The position numbers and the translations under genes are program-made. The notes beneath the pieces are model-generated. The model worked only from the letters and a program-made list of their open reading frames with translations. It was not told the origin of the DNA and made no database searches. Positions 48,264 to 57,306 of a DNA stretch of 64,000 bases are shown in pieces. The stretch is from an uncultured Actinomycetes bacterium (lineage in GTDB: Bacteria; Actinomycetota; Acidimicrobiia; IMCC26256; DASPTH01): contig CAVWPI010000010.1 of the NCBI GenBank assembly GCA_963756895.1, forward strand, positions 16,649-80,648, in the 5' to 3' direction. Every line of letters begins with the position of its first letter. Within the stretch, counting starts at the first letter, position 1.

Positions 48264-49835
48264 CTACGCGCCCAGGATCTCGTACTCGCTGATCTCGCGT
48301 GCTTCTTCCTCGTCGTCGTGCGACGGGAACTCGTCGTGACCGTGGGCCGGGAGGAACCGCCAGGCGATGATCGCGGCGAAGACGATGATCGCGGCGGCGA
48401 TCGGATACGTGATCCGCATCGCGTCGACGAACGCGTCGCGGGACAGCTGCACCAGCGCGTCACCCTGCTTCGCCGGCAGCTGCGCGGCCAGGTCGAGAGC
48501 ACGACCCACCGAATCGTGGAGCGCCGCTCTCGACGCGGTGGTGAGGTTGGCAGCCTTGTCGGCGTAGTGGTGATAGGCGGCAAGGAACACGCTGCCGATG
48601 ATGGCGACGCCCAGCGCGCCGCCGGTCTGGCGCGTGGTGTCGTTGATCGCCGAACCGACCCCGGCCCGGCTCGGCGGCAGCGACCCCATGATCGATTCGG
48701 TGGCGGGCGCCGAGGTGAGCCCCAGTCCGACGCCGAAGAGGAAGCGCACTGCGCACCCGCCGACGAACGACGACATGATCATGTCGGACGCGTAGCAGAG
48801 CATCGCGAGCGCGGCGACGAGCAAACCCAGCACGACGACCCACTTGGTTCCCCACCGGCGCACGAGACGAGGAGCGTTCGGCGACACCACCATCATGGCG
48901 ATGGCGACGGGCATGGCGAGGAGGCCGGCCTCGAGCGGAGAGTACCCGAGCACGAACTGGAAGTACTGGATGAGGAGGAACACCGAGCCGTAGAGCGCGA
49001 ACGACGTGAGGGTGAGCACACTGGACGCGGCGGAGAACCGCGGATTGCGGAACACGCGCACGTCGATCATCGGCTCCTTGGCCCGCATCTCCCACAGCGC
49101 GAACACGCCGAGGAGCGCCAACCCCGCGAAGAACGACGCCACGACCTCCGGGGCGGTCCAACCCTTGTCGGGCGCCTGGATGATCGAGTACAGCAGCGCC
49201 ACCAGCGTGAGGACGGAGAGCAGCGCGCCGACCGGATCGAGGGGGCGGTTGTCGGGGTCGCGCGACGACGGGATGTAGAAGTAGCCGAGCACGAGGGCCA
49301 ACGCGCAGATGGGCACGTTCACGAAGAAGACCGAGCCCCAGTAGAAGTGCTCGACCAGGATCCCCCCGAGCATCGGACCGAGCGCGACGCCGATCCCCGA
49401 GACCCCCGCCCAGACCCCGATGGCCTTGGCTCGTTCGCGCCCCGTGAACGTGTTGGTGAGGATCGACAGCGTGGTCGGGAAGATGAACGCGGCGCCGATG
49501 CCCATGAGCCCACGCGCGAAGATGAGCATCTCGGGCGAGTTCGCCAGCGACGCGAGCCCGGAGAACCCGCCGAACAGGAGCAGGCCGAACGTCAGGGCGC
49601 CCTTGCGGCCGTATTTGTCGCCCAGCGCGCCGGCGGTGAGCAGCAAGCTCGCGAACACGATGACGTACGAGTCGATGATCCACTGGAGATCGGAGCCGCT
49701 GGCGCCGAGGTCGCGCACGATCGTGGGCAACGCGACGTTGAGGATCGAATTGTCGATCGTGATGATGACGAGCGACATGCAGAGGACGGCCAGCGTGTAC
49801 CAACGACGTTCGTAGGCCTTCTCCGCGCTGAGCAT
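48264..49835 (-). CDS. MFS transporter, 14-TMS DHA2 (EmrB/QacA) type
   Basis: LGDKYGRKG (motif A region), 14 predicted TM segments, ATG 49835. Divergent from a TetR gene. Confidence 0.85.
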   Translation of the reverse strand: MLSAEKAYERRWYTLAVLCMSLVIITIDNSILNVALPTIVRDLGASGSDLQWIIDSYVIVFASLLLTAGALGDKYGRKGALTFGLLLFGGFSGLASLANSPEMLIFARGLMGIGAAFIFPTTLSILTNTFTGRERAKAIGVWAGVSGIGVALGPMLGGILVEHFYWGSVFFVNVPICALALVLGYFYIPSSRDPDNRPLDPVGALLSVLTLVALLYSIIQAPDKGWTAPEVVASFFAGLALLGVFALWEMRAKEPMIDVRVFRNPRFSAASSVLTLTSFALYGSVFLLIQYFQFVLGYSPLEAGLLAMPVAIAMMVVSPNAPRLVRRWGTKWVVVLGLLVAALAMLCYASDMIMSSFVGGCAVRFLFGVGLGLTSAPATESIMGSLPPSRAGVGSAINDTTRQTGGALGVAIIGSVFLAAYHHYADKAANLTTASRAALHDSVGRALDLAAQLPAKQGDALVQLSRDAFVDAMRITYPIAAAIIVFAAIIAWRFLPAHGHDEFPSHDDEEEAREISEYEILGA

Positions 49836-49872
49836 CGGCGCTCCGTGTGCTCCCCTGCCCCCGCTGCTAGTA

Positions 49873-49888
49873 TTAACCGTCCGGTTAA
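49873..49888. promoter_or_regulatory. TetR-type operator TTAACCG-TC-CGGTTAA
   Basis: Perfect 7-2-7 inverted repeat in the 78-nt MFS/TetR divergent spacer. It is the only AT-rich element there. Confidence 0.55.
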
Positions 49889-49913
49889 CAACTTTACCTG
49901 CTGGAGCGGCGAC

Positions 49914-50499
49914 GTGGCAAACCGCGATCCCGAGGCCACGAAGGCGAAGATCCTCGCGGCGGCGGTGCGCGAGTTCTCCGCCAAGGGCATCTCCGGCGCC
50001 CGCGTCGACGCCATCGCGACCCGGGCGGGCGTCAACAAGCGGATGCTCTACTACTACTTCGAGTCGAAGGAGGGGCTGTTCCGGGAGATCCTCCGCCGAC
50101 GGCTCGCCGAAGGCGCGGCGAAGCTGCAGGCGAGCAACGTGGCCGATCCCGACCGGCTCGCGGAGCGCACCGCACGCCTCCCCGGTCAACGCGAGTACAC
50201 GCGCCTCACCATGTGGGAGGCGCTCGAGACCAATCCCGACCGTCCCGTCAACGAGGACCTGCGGCGCGGCGCTCTACGACGACTGGGTCGAGGCCGTGCG
50301 CGAGGAGCAGCGCGCCGGCAACGTCCCCGACGATCTCGACGCCGCCCAACTCGTGCTCAGCGAGGTGTGCCTCACCATGGGCCCGTTCCTGCTCCCCCAG
50401 CTCACGCAGCTCGTCACCGGGAAGTCGGTGAAGGACCCCGAGTTCCTGGCCGAGCGTGATGCGTTCCTGCGCGCGCTCGGGAAACGCCTCGCGTCCTGA
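49914..50499 (+). pseudogene. TetR-family regulator with one extra base at about 50268
   Basis: The N-terminal HTH (KILAAAVREFSAKGISGARVDAIATRAGVNKRMLYYYFESKEGLF) is in the frame of ORF 47763. The C-terminal ALYDDWVEAVREEQRAGNVPDD...LRALGKRLAS* is in the frame of ORF 50296..50499. Confidence 0.75.
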
Positions 50500-50520
50500 A
50501 GGAGCTCCGACCTCGCCGAA

Positions 50521-51525
50521 TCAGACTTCGGCGGTGTCGGCGTCGGCCGCGCCTTCGAGCAGGGATCCCGGCGTGGGACCGCCCACCTGCTTACGGAAGG
50601 AACGCAACGTGTAGCCGGTGAGCACCGCCGCGCCGACCGCCCGGGCCGTCGCCGAACGCGGCAAGCCCAACATCGGTGCCAGTTCGCCGAAGTACTCCCC
50701 CGGGCCGGCCTTGTGCAGCAGTTCCTCGGTGTCGTCGTCGCGCTCGCGCAGGAGCTCGATCTCACCCTCGTCGATCATGTACACGAGATCACCGTGATCG
50801 CCTTCGCGGAACAGCACCTCACCCGCCGCGAGCTCGACGCGCTCCGGGGGACGGTCGGTCGTGGCGGCGCGCGGCGTGAGGTTCACGATCTGGTCGGCGA
50901 GTGGCACGAGGCGGTCGTCGTGGGTGGCGACCACGACCAGTCGGCCCGAGTCGGCGAGGTTGCGCAACAGTCGGATCACGCCTTCGACCTGGAGGTAGTC
51001 GAGGTGGGCAGTCGGTTCGTCGGCGAGGAGCACCGGCGGGTCGTGCGCGAGGCCTCGTGCGATGGCGACCCGCTGCTGCTGACCACCCGACATGTCACCG
51101 GGGAGGTGCTGCGCCCGATCGGCGAGGTCGACGGTCGCGAGCAGCTCCTCGGCCCGCGCGCGCGCCTTGGCCTTGCTCCACTTGGCGGCCCGCAAGGGCA
51201 CCTGGACGTTCTCCGAGGCGGTCAACGCCGGCAGCAGGTTGAACGCCTGGAACACGACGCCGACGGTGTGCCGGCGGTACTGGGTGAGCGCGCTGCCGGA
51301 GAGCCCGACCACTTCGGTGTCGACGACGGTCACGCTGCCCGACGCGGGCGTGAGGAGCCCGGCAATCACCGACAGCAGCGTGGTCTTCCCGCAGCCGCTC
51401 GCGCCGAGCAACAGCACGAGTTGGCCCTCGCCGGCTTCGAGCGAGAGGTTCGAGATCGGGCGCACGACGTAGCCGCCGCTCGAGTACTCGATGGTCAGGT
51501 CCTCGATGCTGAGCACGACTCTCCT
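50521..51525 (-). CDS. ABC transporter ATP-binding protein (MacB/LolD type) fused to a C-terminal cyclic-nucleotide-binding (CAP effector) domain
   Basis: GTG 51525 is preceded by GGAGGAG. Walker A GASGCGKTT, signature MSGGQQQRVAIA, Walker B VLLADEPT. The C-terminal 90 aa read GEVLFREGDHGDLVYMIDEGEIELL...GPGEYFGELAPMLGLPRSATARA. Confidence 0.85.
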   Translation of the reverse strand, partial: RRVVLSIEDLTIEYSSGGYVVRPISNLSLEAGEGQLVLLLGASGCGKTTLLSVIAGLLTPASGSVTVVDTEVVGLSGSALTQYRRHTVGVVFQAFNLLPALTASENVQVPLRAAKWSKAKARARAEELLATVDLADRAQHLPGDMSGGQQQRVAIARGLAHDPPVLLADEPTAHLDYLQVEGVIRLLRNLADSGRLVVVATHDDRLVPLADQIVNLTPRAATTDRPPERVELAAGEVLFREGDHGDLVYMIDEGEIELLRERDDDTEELLHKAGPGEYFGELAPMLGLPRSATARAVGAAVLTGYTLRSFRKQVGGPTPGSLLEGAADADTAEV

Positions 51526-51544
51526 CCGAAGATGCGGCCGGGGA

Positions 51545-52564
51545 TCAGCCGAAGGCCAGTGCCGGGTCGACACCCACCGCGCGCCGCAAGCCGACCAGGC
51601 TCGACGCGACCCCCGCGATCGCCGCGATCACCGGGAGCGCGATGTACGTACCGGTGGAGATCTCGGTGTTCATGGGCACGAAGCCCTTGATGAGCAGCGT
51701 GAGCAGCGCGGCGACCGCCGCGGATGCCACCGAGACGATGACGGCCTGGGTGACGAGGCCCGAGAAGATCGACCGACCCTGCACGCCGATTGCCTTCATC
51801 ACCGCAAAGTCGCGGGTCTGCTCGAGCACGGTCATGTACACGATCGATCCGATGATCCCCACGGCGATGAGCCAGAGGAGCACCCGGAGGAAGTCGATGG
51901 TGCCGGTCGCCTGCTTCAACGGGCGCCCGAGGTCGGCTTCGGCCTGCGAGTTGGTCAGTGCTCTGAACCCGTCGGGCACCGAGCTGGGCAGGCGCTCGGT
52001 GAGCAGTGCGGACGCGAGGGGCTGGCCAGCGTACGTCAGGTCTTGCGCGTCCTCGAGGGTGACGACCGCAGTCGGCGAACCGGCGAAGATGGTGCGCCCG
52101 GAGTAGGTGCCGACGACCTTGAAGGCTTTGCCGAGGTCGAGCGTGTCGCCGACGTCGAAACCGAGGCTCTCGTCGACGACCACCTCGCCCGAGCGCTTCG
52201 GATCATGACCACTCGTCGCCTTGGGGCCGAGCCCGCCCGGTTCGACGCCGAACACCATCACGTCCTTGCTGCCGTGCGGGACGCGGGTCATGGCCATCGC
52301 CACCACCTCACCGCCACCCTGCACGTCGCTCTTCACCGCGGCAGGCGCGAAGACCTTCGAGTTGCTGAACGGTCCGGCTGCGCTCGTCGGTACGACCCAG
52401 CCGCCCGCACCGAACGAGTCGACGCTGCGCGTGATCTCGGACTTGAAGCCACCGCTCACACCCGAGAGGATCAGCGCGATGGCGAACACCAGGCTGGTGG
52501 CGAGGATGGCGATGATGAACCGCCGGCGCCGGAACTGCAGGTCCCGCCATCCGATGTAGAACAC
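51545..52564 (-). CDS. FtsX/MacB-type ABC transporter permease
   Basis: GTG 52564 lies 7 nt after the upstream stop and is preceded by GGGGAGTAGAGG. One TM helix, an extracytoplasmic domain of about 210 aa, then three C-terminal TM helices (FAVMKAIG region). Confidence 0.8.
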   Translation of the reverse strand: MFYIGWRDLQFRRRRFIIAILATSLVFAIALILSGVSGGFKSEITRSVDSFGAGGWVVPTSAAGPFSNSKVFAPAAVKSDVQGGGEVVAMAMTRVPHGSKDVMVFGVEPGGLGPKATSGHDPKRSGEVVVDESLGFDVGDTLDLGKAFKVVGTYSGRTIFAGSPTAVVTLEDAQDLTYAGQPLASALLTERLPSSVPDGFRALTNSQAEADLGRPLKQATGTIDFLRVLLWLIAVGIIGSIVYMTVLEQTRDFAVMKAIGVQGRSIFSGLVTQAVIVSVASAAVAALLTLLIKGFVPMNTEISTGTYIALPVIAAIAGVASSLVGLRRAVGVDPALAFG

Positions 52565-52571
52565 GCAGCCT

Positions 52572-55500
52572 CTACTCCCCTGCTGCCTGGTCGAGCTCGG
52601 CCCGGACTGCTTCGACACGGCGCTCGATCGACACGCCTTCACATCGTGCGGCGAACGCCAGCGCCTCGGCGAGGTCGAGCTCGGCACGCTGACGGTGGCC
52701 GGCGTGGTTGCGACGCGTGAGCATCTCGGCGCGCTCCACATGGGTGCGACCCGCCCAGTACACCGCGCCGAACCGCTCGCAGCGTTCGAGCGCGAGCTCG
52801 AACGCTGCTTCGGCCTCATCGTCCCGACCGAGCAATCCGAGGAGGCGAGCCACCGGCCGTGCCACCGGATGCGGCGCGATCGCGTGAATGAACGTCATGC
52901 GGTCGGCGTACGGAGACATCAACTCCAGGAGCGTGGCCGCTCCCTCGCGGTGCCCGAGGCCGACGGCAACGTCGGCGAGATCCTCCAGCGACTGCAGACG
53001 AGACAGCATCTCGTAGTTGAATCCCGATGCCCGCTCGCGCTCGAAACGCTCGGCTGCTCCCGCGAGGTCACCAGTCTCGAAGAGCAGGAGGATCACGGCG
53101 ACGCGCAGCGGTTCGATTGTGGGCATGGACTCGGCGGCCTCGATGAAGAAGTCGGCGAGCTCGTCGAAGCGTCCCTCGATCATCCTGAGGCTGAAGAGCT
53201 GTCCGCCGTAGCTGCCGATCCCCGGCCCGATGCCCGCTGATGTGGCCAGCTCGAGCGCCATGTCTACGAACGACTCCGCCGCGGCCAAGTCACCTTCGAG
53301 CGTCGCGAACGCAGCGTGGTCGATAAGGACCTGCCATCGCTGGTACGGGAGGCCGAGCGCATCGGCGCGCTCCACCACATCGGTGAATGCCTCGCGGCTG
53401 GCGTCGGCGTCGGCGCGCATGACGAGCACCTCCAGGTGCTGGTACGCGGCGACAAAACCTTGCAAACGGTCGCCGACCCGATCGGCGAGCTCGACCGCCG
53501 TGGTTGCAGCTTCAGCGCGTCGGCCCAGGTCGTCGTCGTCGAGGCACACGGTCCACACGGCGTTCAGGACCTCGAGGAGCGTTCGGTCGTCCTGAAGGGT
53601 CCTTGCGAGGTCGACCGCACGCTGAGCGGTGTCGGTGCGCTCGACCAGATCGCGAGCGTCGAGCTCCAACGACAGGAATGCGAGGAGCCGGGCGGCAGCA
53701 CTGCTGTCGGGATCGACCCGTTCGAGCGCTGCTCTCAGCGTGGCGATCCGCTCGACATCGAAGTCGTAGACCTGCGTCGTTCGAGCGAGTGCAAAGGCGA
53801 CACGGACGAGACGCTCATCGTCGTCGGCTCCGCGAGCCAGCTCCGCCGCCTCGACCAGGGTCTCGCGTTCCTCAGCCAGACCGGCCAGCTGCTGCGCGGT
53901 GCCGAGACCGATCAGGAGGTCACACCGCACGAGGTCCTCACCTGCGAGCTGACGTTCCTGGAGCTCGAGTGCCTGCGAGAACCAGCGCACTGCGTCGAGG
54001 GGCGCGAGTGCGTTCAGCGCCGCGTCGCCGGCGAGCCGCGCGTATTCGATGGCCTTGGCTGCATCTGCGGGTTGCGTCGCCACCAGCCAGTGGTGCGCAA
54101 GCTCGGCGACGGGCGGCGCGTGCTCGCCGGTCATGGTCTCGAGCGCCTGCGCGATGCGCTGGTGCAGGCGTTGGCGACGGGTCGCGCTGAGGTCCTGGTA
54201 GAGGGTGTGTTCGATCAGCGCGTGCTCGAAACGGAAGCGACCCGGGAGCTCCCCGACCTCGGTCACCAGCGCGGCGGTGACCGCCTGCTCGAGCACGTCG
54301 AGCACGTCGTCCTCGCGTTGGTCGGCGATCGCGCTGAGAACCTCGAGATCGAACGTCCGGCCGATCACTGCGGCCATCGAGAGGAGCTTCGCCACGTCGT
54401 CGCCCAGACGATCGACACGCCGCATGACGACGTCGCGCACGCTCCCGGGCAGGCTCATGTCGTCGAGGTCGATGCTCAACGAGTACTGCCCGTTGTCGTC
54501 GAAGACGATGGCGCCCGTCTCGTAGAGGTGGCGGAGGAGCTCACCGGTGAAGAACGGGTTCCCGCCCGTCTCGCGGTACAGCGCGTGCGCGAGCAGCACG
54601 CCGTCCTCCGGGAGCTCGTAGCCCGCGGCACCCTCCACGAGCGCGAACAGCTCCTGGTCGTCGAGGCCGCGGATCGCGAGCCGGGTGACCACCGGCTCGC
54701 GCCGGAGATCGGCGAGCACCGGCGTGAGCGCGTGATCGCGCGTCAGGTCGGTGTCGCGATAGGTGCCCACGACCAGGAGCGGCGGTGGGTTCGCAGTCGA
54801 GATCGTGTGCCGGAGCACCTGGAGGCTGGCGGCGTCGGCCCACTGCAGGTCGTCGAGCACCAGCACGACCACTTGGTCGCGGGCGGCGTCGCGCAGCAGC
54901 GCGCACGTCGCTTCGAGCAGGACGTAGCGGTCACCGTCGGCGTCGCCCGATCCTCCGTCGGGCTCCGCGGTCGGCACGCGGCGCGCCAGCGCAGGCACCA
55001 GTCGCGACAGCGCGGCACCGTGCTGCGCGACGTGGTCGTCAAGCAGCTGCTGGGGCGCGTGCTCGACCAGGTGCGTCAGCGCGTCGATCCAGGGCCGGTA
55101 CGACACTCCCATGCCCTCCGAGCACTGCCCGAACAGCACAGTTGCCCCGTCGGCATGGAGGGTGCGCGCCACTTGCGCGGCGAGCGTCGTCTTGCCGATC
55201 CCCGGCTCCCCCTCGAGCAGCACGACCTCGGGGTGGCCCTCGGTGCGCGCCCGCTTCGCCGCGTCGAGCGCGGTCGTCAGCTCGTCGCTGCGACCGAAGA
55301 AACCGAAGAGCCCCTCGGTCGCGGTCCCGACGAGGCGCGACGGGATCGGGATGTCGCCGGCGACCGCTTCCGGCTCCCACCGGACCTCGACCGCGGGCAT
55401 CGGGTCGGGGATCCCCTTGAGCTCGAGCTCGCCGACCGACGCGTACTCGTGGGTGCTGTGGCGACCCACCATCGCCCGCAGGAGCTCGGTGGTGAGGATC

Positions 55501-55883
55501 TGACCGCCGTTGGCGCGATCGCACAGGCGGGCGGCTTCGACGACGCAGTCGCCGAAGTAGTCACCCGCTTCCTCGACGGCCTCGCCCATCGAGATGCCGA
55601 CCCGCAGCTCGATGGGTTCCTCGCCCCGGCGGTTGTGGCGCTCGATGCCCTGCTGGATCGCCGCCGCGCACGACAGCGCCCGGCTGGGACCCGTGAACAT
55701 GAGCATGATGCCGTCACCGGTGGTCTTCACCTCGATGCCGCCGGTCGCCTCGGCTGCGCCCCGGAGGATGGCGAAATGGGTCTGGCGGAGGCTCTCGGCG
55801 GCGTCCGGACCGATGCGGGAGGCCAGCGCGGTCGATCCCACGAGGTCGGTGAAGAGGAACGTGGCCGTGATCGGCGTGCTCAT
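52572..55883 (-). CDS. class III adenylate/guanylate-cyclase domain, STAND/AAA P-loop NTPase and TPR-like repeat protein (1103 aa)
   Basis: FLFTDLVGSTAL and KTTGDGIMLMF cyclase motifs, Walker A LLEGEPGIGKTTLA, Walker B-like VVLVLDDLQWAD, and a long helical-repeat C-terminus without an HTH. Confidence 0.85.
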   Translation of the reverse strand: MSTPITATFLFTDLVGSTALASRIGPDAAESLRQTHFAILRGAAEATGGIEVKTTGDGIMLMFTGPSRALSCAAAIQQGIERHNRRGEEPIELRVGISMGEAVEEAGDYFGDCVVEAARLCDRANGGQILTTELLRAMVGRHSTHEYASVGELELKGIPDPMPAVEVRWEPEAVAGDIPIPSRLVGTATEGLFGFFGRSDELTTALDAAKRARTEGHPEVVLLEGEPGIGKTTLAAQVARTLHADGATVLFGQCSEGMGVSYRPWIDALTHLVEHAPQQLLDDHVAQHGAALSRLVPALARRVPTAEPDGGSGDADGDRYVLLEATCALLRDAARDQVVVLVLDDLQWADAASLQVLRHTISTANPPPLLVVGTYRDTDLTRDHALTPVLADLRREPVVTRLAIRGLDDQELFALVEGAAGYELPEDGVLLAHALYRETGGNPFFTGELLRHLYETGAIVFDDNGQYSLSIDLDDMSLPGSVRDVVMRRVDRLGDDVAKLLSMAAVIGRTFDLEVLSAIADQREDDVLDVLEQAVTAALVTEVGELPGRFRFEHALIEHTLYQDLSATRRQRLHQRIAQALETMTGEHAPPVAELAHHWLVATQPADAAKAIEYARLAGDAALNALAPLDAVRWFSQALELQERQLAGEDLVRCDLLIGLGTAQQLAGLAEERETLVEAAELARGADDDERLVRVAFALARTTQVYDFDVERIATLRAALERVDPDSSAAARLLAFLSLELDARDLVERTDTAQRAVDLARTLQDDRTLLEVLNAVWTVCLDDDDLGRRAEAATTAVELADRVGDRLQGFVAAYQHLEVLVMRADADASREAFTDVVERADALGLPYQRWQVLIDHAAFATLEGDLAAAESFVDMALELATSAGIGPGIGSYGGQLFSLRMIEGRFDELADFFIEAAESMPTIEPLRVAVILLLFETGDLAGAAERFERERASGFNYEMLSRLQSLEDLADVAVGLGHREGAATLLELMSPYADRMTFIHAIAPHPVARPVARLLGLLGRDDEAEAAFELALERCERFGAVYWAGRTHVERAEMLTRRNHAGHRQRAELDLAEALAFAARCEGVSIERRVEAVRAELDQAAGE

Positions 55884-55961
55884 CCCCGCCCCGCTCGGCT
55901 GGTGTGCATTCGCCCTCGCCCCGCGCGCGCCGCTGAGCGATCGCCCAGCGCGTTCCGCACC

Positions 55962-55990
55962 TTTCTACCGCAAGCGCACGGTGTAGACAA
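55962..55990 (-). promoter_or_regulatory. candidate promoter of the cyclase operon (TTGTCT-17 nt-TAGAAA)
   Basis: Hexamers read on the minus strand, about 79 nt upstream of ATG 55883. Based on pattern only. Confidence 0.25.
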
Positions 55991-56066
55991 GTAACCACTC
56001 AGCGCGCGGTAAACTGCCCCGGTCGACCGATGGGGCCCGTTTTGCGAAAGTGGGCGCAAATGGGGC

Positions 56067-57266
56067 CTAGAGCGCGGCCTTCTCCAGGATGTGGATGCCG
56101 CACGACGAGCCGAGGCCGATGACGTGGGCCATGCCCACCTTTGCGCCCTCGATCTGGCGGTCACCCGCCTCACCCCGCAGCTGCGTGGTGACCTCGAACA
56201 CACCGGCCGCGCCGGTCATGCCGATCGGGTGGCCTTTCGAGAGCAGGCCACCGGACACGTTGACCGGCGTGGTGCCGTCGCGCCACGGCGCACGCTTGTC
56301 GATGAACTCGCCCGCACCGCCGGGCTCGCAGAGGCGCAGGTTGTCGTAGTGGATGAGCTCGGCGGTGGCGAAGCAGTCGTGCAGCTCCACCAGGTCGAGG
56401 TCTTGCGGACCGACGCCGGCGAGCTCGTAGGCCTTGTCGGCCGCGTTGCGCGTGAGCGTGTTGACGTCGGGCTGCGACTCGCCGCCCTCGCTCCACGGGT
56501 CGCTGGTGAGCACCGAGGCGCTCACCTTCACCGCGCGCTTCTGCTGCTCGAGCGACAGGGTCTTGAGCTTCGACTCCGATACGAGCACGATCGCCGCGGC
56601 ACCGTCACCGGTGGGGCAGCACATCGGCAGCGTGTTGGGATACGAGATCACGCGGGCGTCCATGATCTCTTCGAGCGTGAACACCTTGTTGTACTGCGCA
56701 AGCGGGTTCAGTGCCGAGTGCTCGTGGTTCTTCTGCGCGACCTTGGCGAACTGCTCGAAACCGACGCCGTCGTTCTTGTACGCGTACTCCATTCCGGCCT
56801 GGCCGAAGACCGCGGGCATGGTGCCGGAGCCGAGCCAGCCGTCGACCGGCATGACGCCGCCGAAGCGGCCCTCGGGCTCGAACTTGTTGGCGCCGCCCCG
56901 CGCCGAGTTCCCGGCGAGGAGGCCCATCTTGCCCATCTGTTCCGCGCCGATGGCGAGCCCGAAGTCGGCGTTGCCGGCCTGGATCTCGAGCAGTGCGGTG
57001 CGCACCGCGGTGGCGCCGGTCGCGCACACGTTCACGACGTTGTAGATCGGGATGCCGGTCTGACCGATCTGCTTCGCGACCGACTGCCCGATGCCGCCCA
57101 TGTTGAACATGCTCCCGGCGGCGAGCACCTCGATGTCGAAGATGCTCACGCCCGCATCGTCGAGGGCGTTGAACGTCGCCTCCGCGGCAAGGTCGATCAC
57201 GTCCTTGTCGGGGTAGCGACTGATCTTGGTCATCGAGGCGCCGAGCACCCAGACGGATTCACCCAT
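56067..57266 (-). CDS. SCP-x/lipid-transfer-type thiolase
   Basis: VCATGATAV (Cys nucleophile region), CCPTGDGAAA, GHPIGMTGA. Paired with an upstream DUF35 gene. Confidence 0.85.
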   Translation of the reverse strand: MGESVWVLGASMTKISRYPDKDVIDLAAEATFNALDDAGVSIFDIEVLAAGSMFNMGGIGQSVAKQIGQTGIPIYNVVNVCATGATAVRTALLEIQAGNADFGLAIGAEQMGKMGLLAGNSARGGANKFEPEGRFGGVMPVDGWLGSGTMPAVFGQAGMEYAYKNDGVGFEQFAKVAQKNHEHSALNPLAQYNKVFTLEEIMDARVISYPNTLPMCCPTGDGAAAIVLVSESKLKTLSLEQQKRAVKVSASVLTSDPWSEGGESQPDVNTLTRNAADKAYELAGVGPQDLDLVELHDCFATAELIHYDNLRLCEPGGAGEFIDKRAPWRDGTTPVNVSGGLLSKGHPIGMTGAAGVFEVTTQLRGEAGDRQIEGAKVGMAHVIGLGSSCGIHILEKAAL

Positions 57267-57306
57267 GGGAACGTCCCTTCCTAGTGCCAGTTCTCTGGCT
57301 GGAGTG

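Noticed and set aside
48230-48270. A fluoride (crcB-motif) riboswitch upstream of the crcB genes.
   Set aside because: Only 16-34 nt separate the MFS stop from the first crcB start, which is too short for the aptamer of about 60-70 nt. The MFS upstream spacer contains only the TetR-type palindrome.
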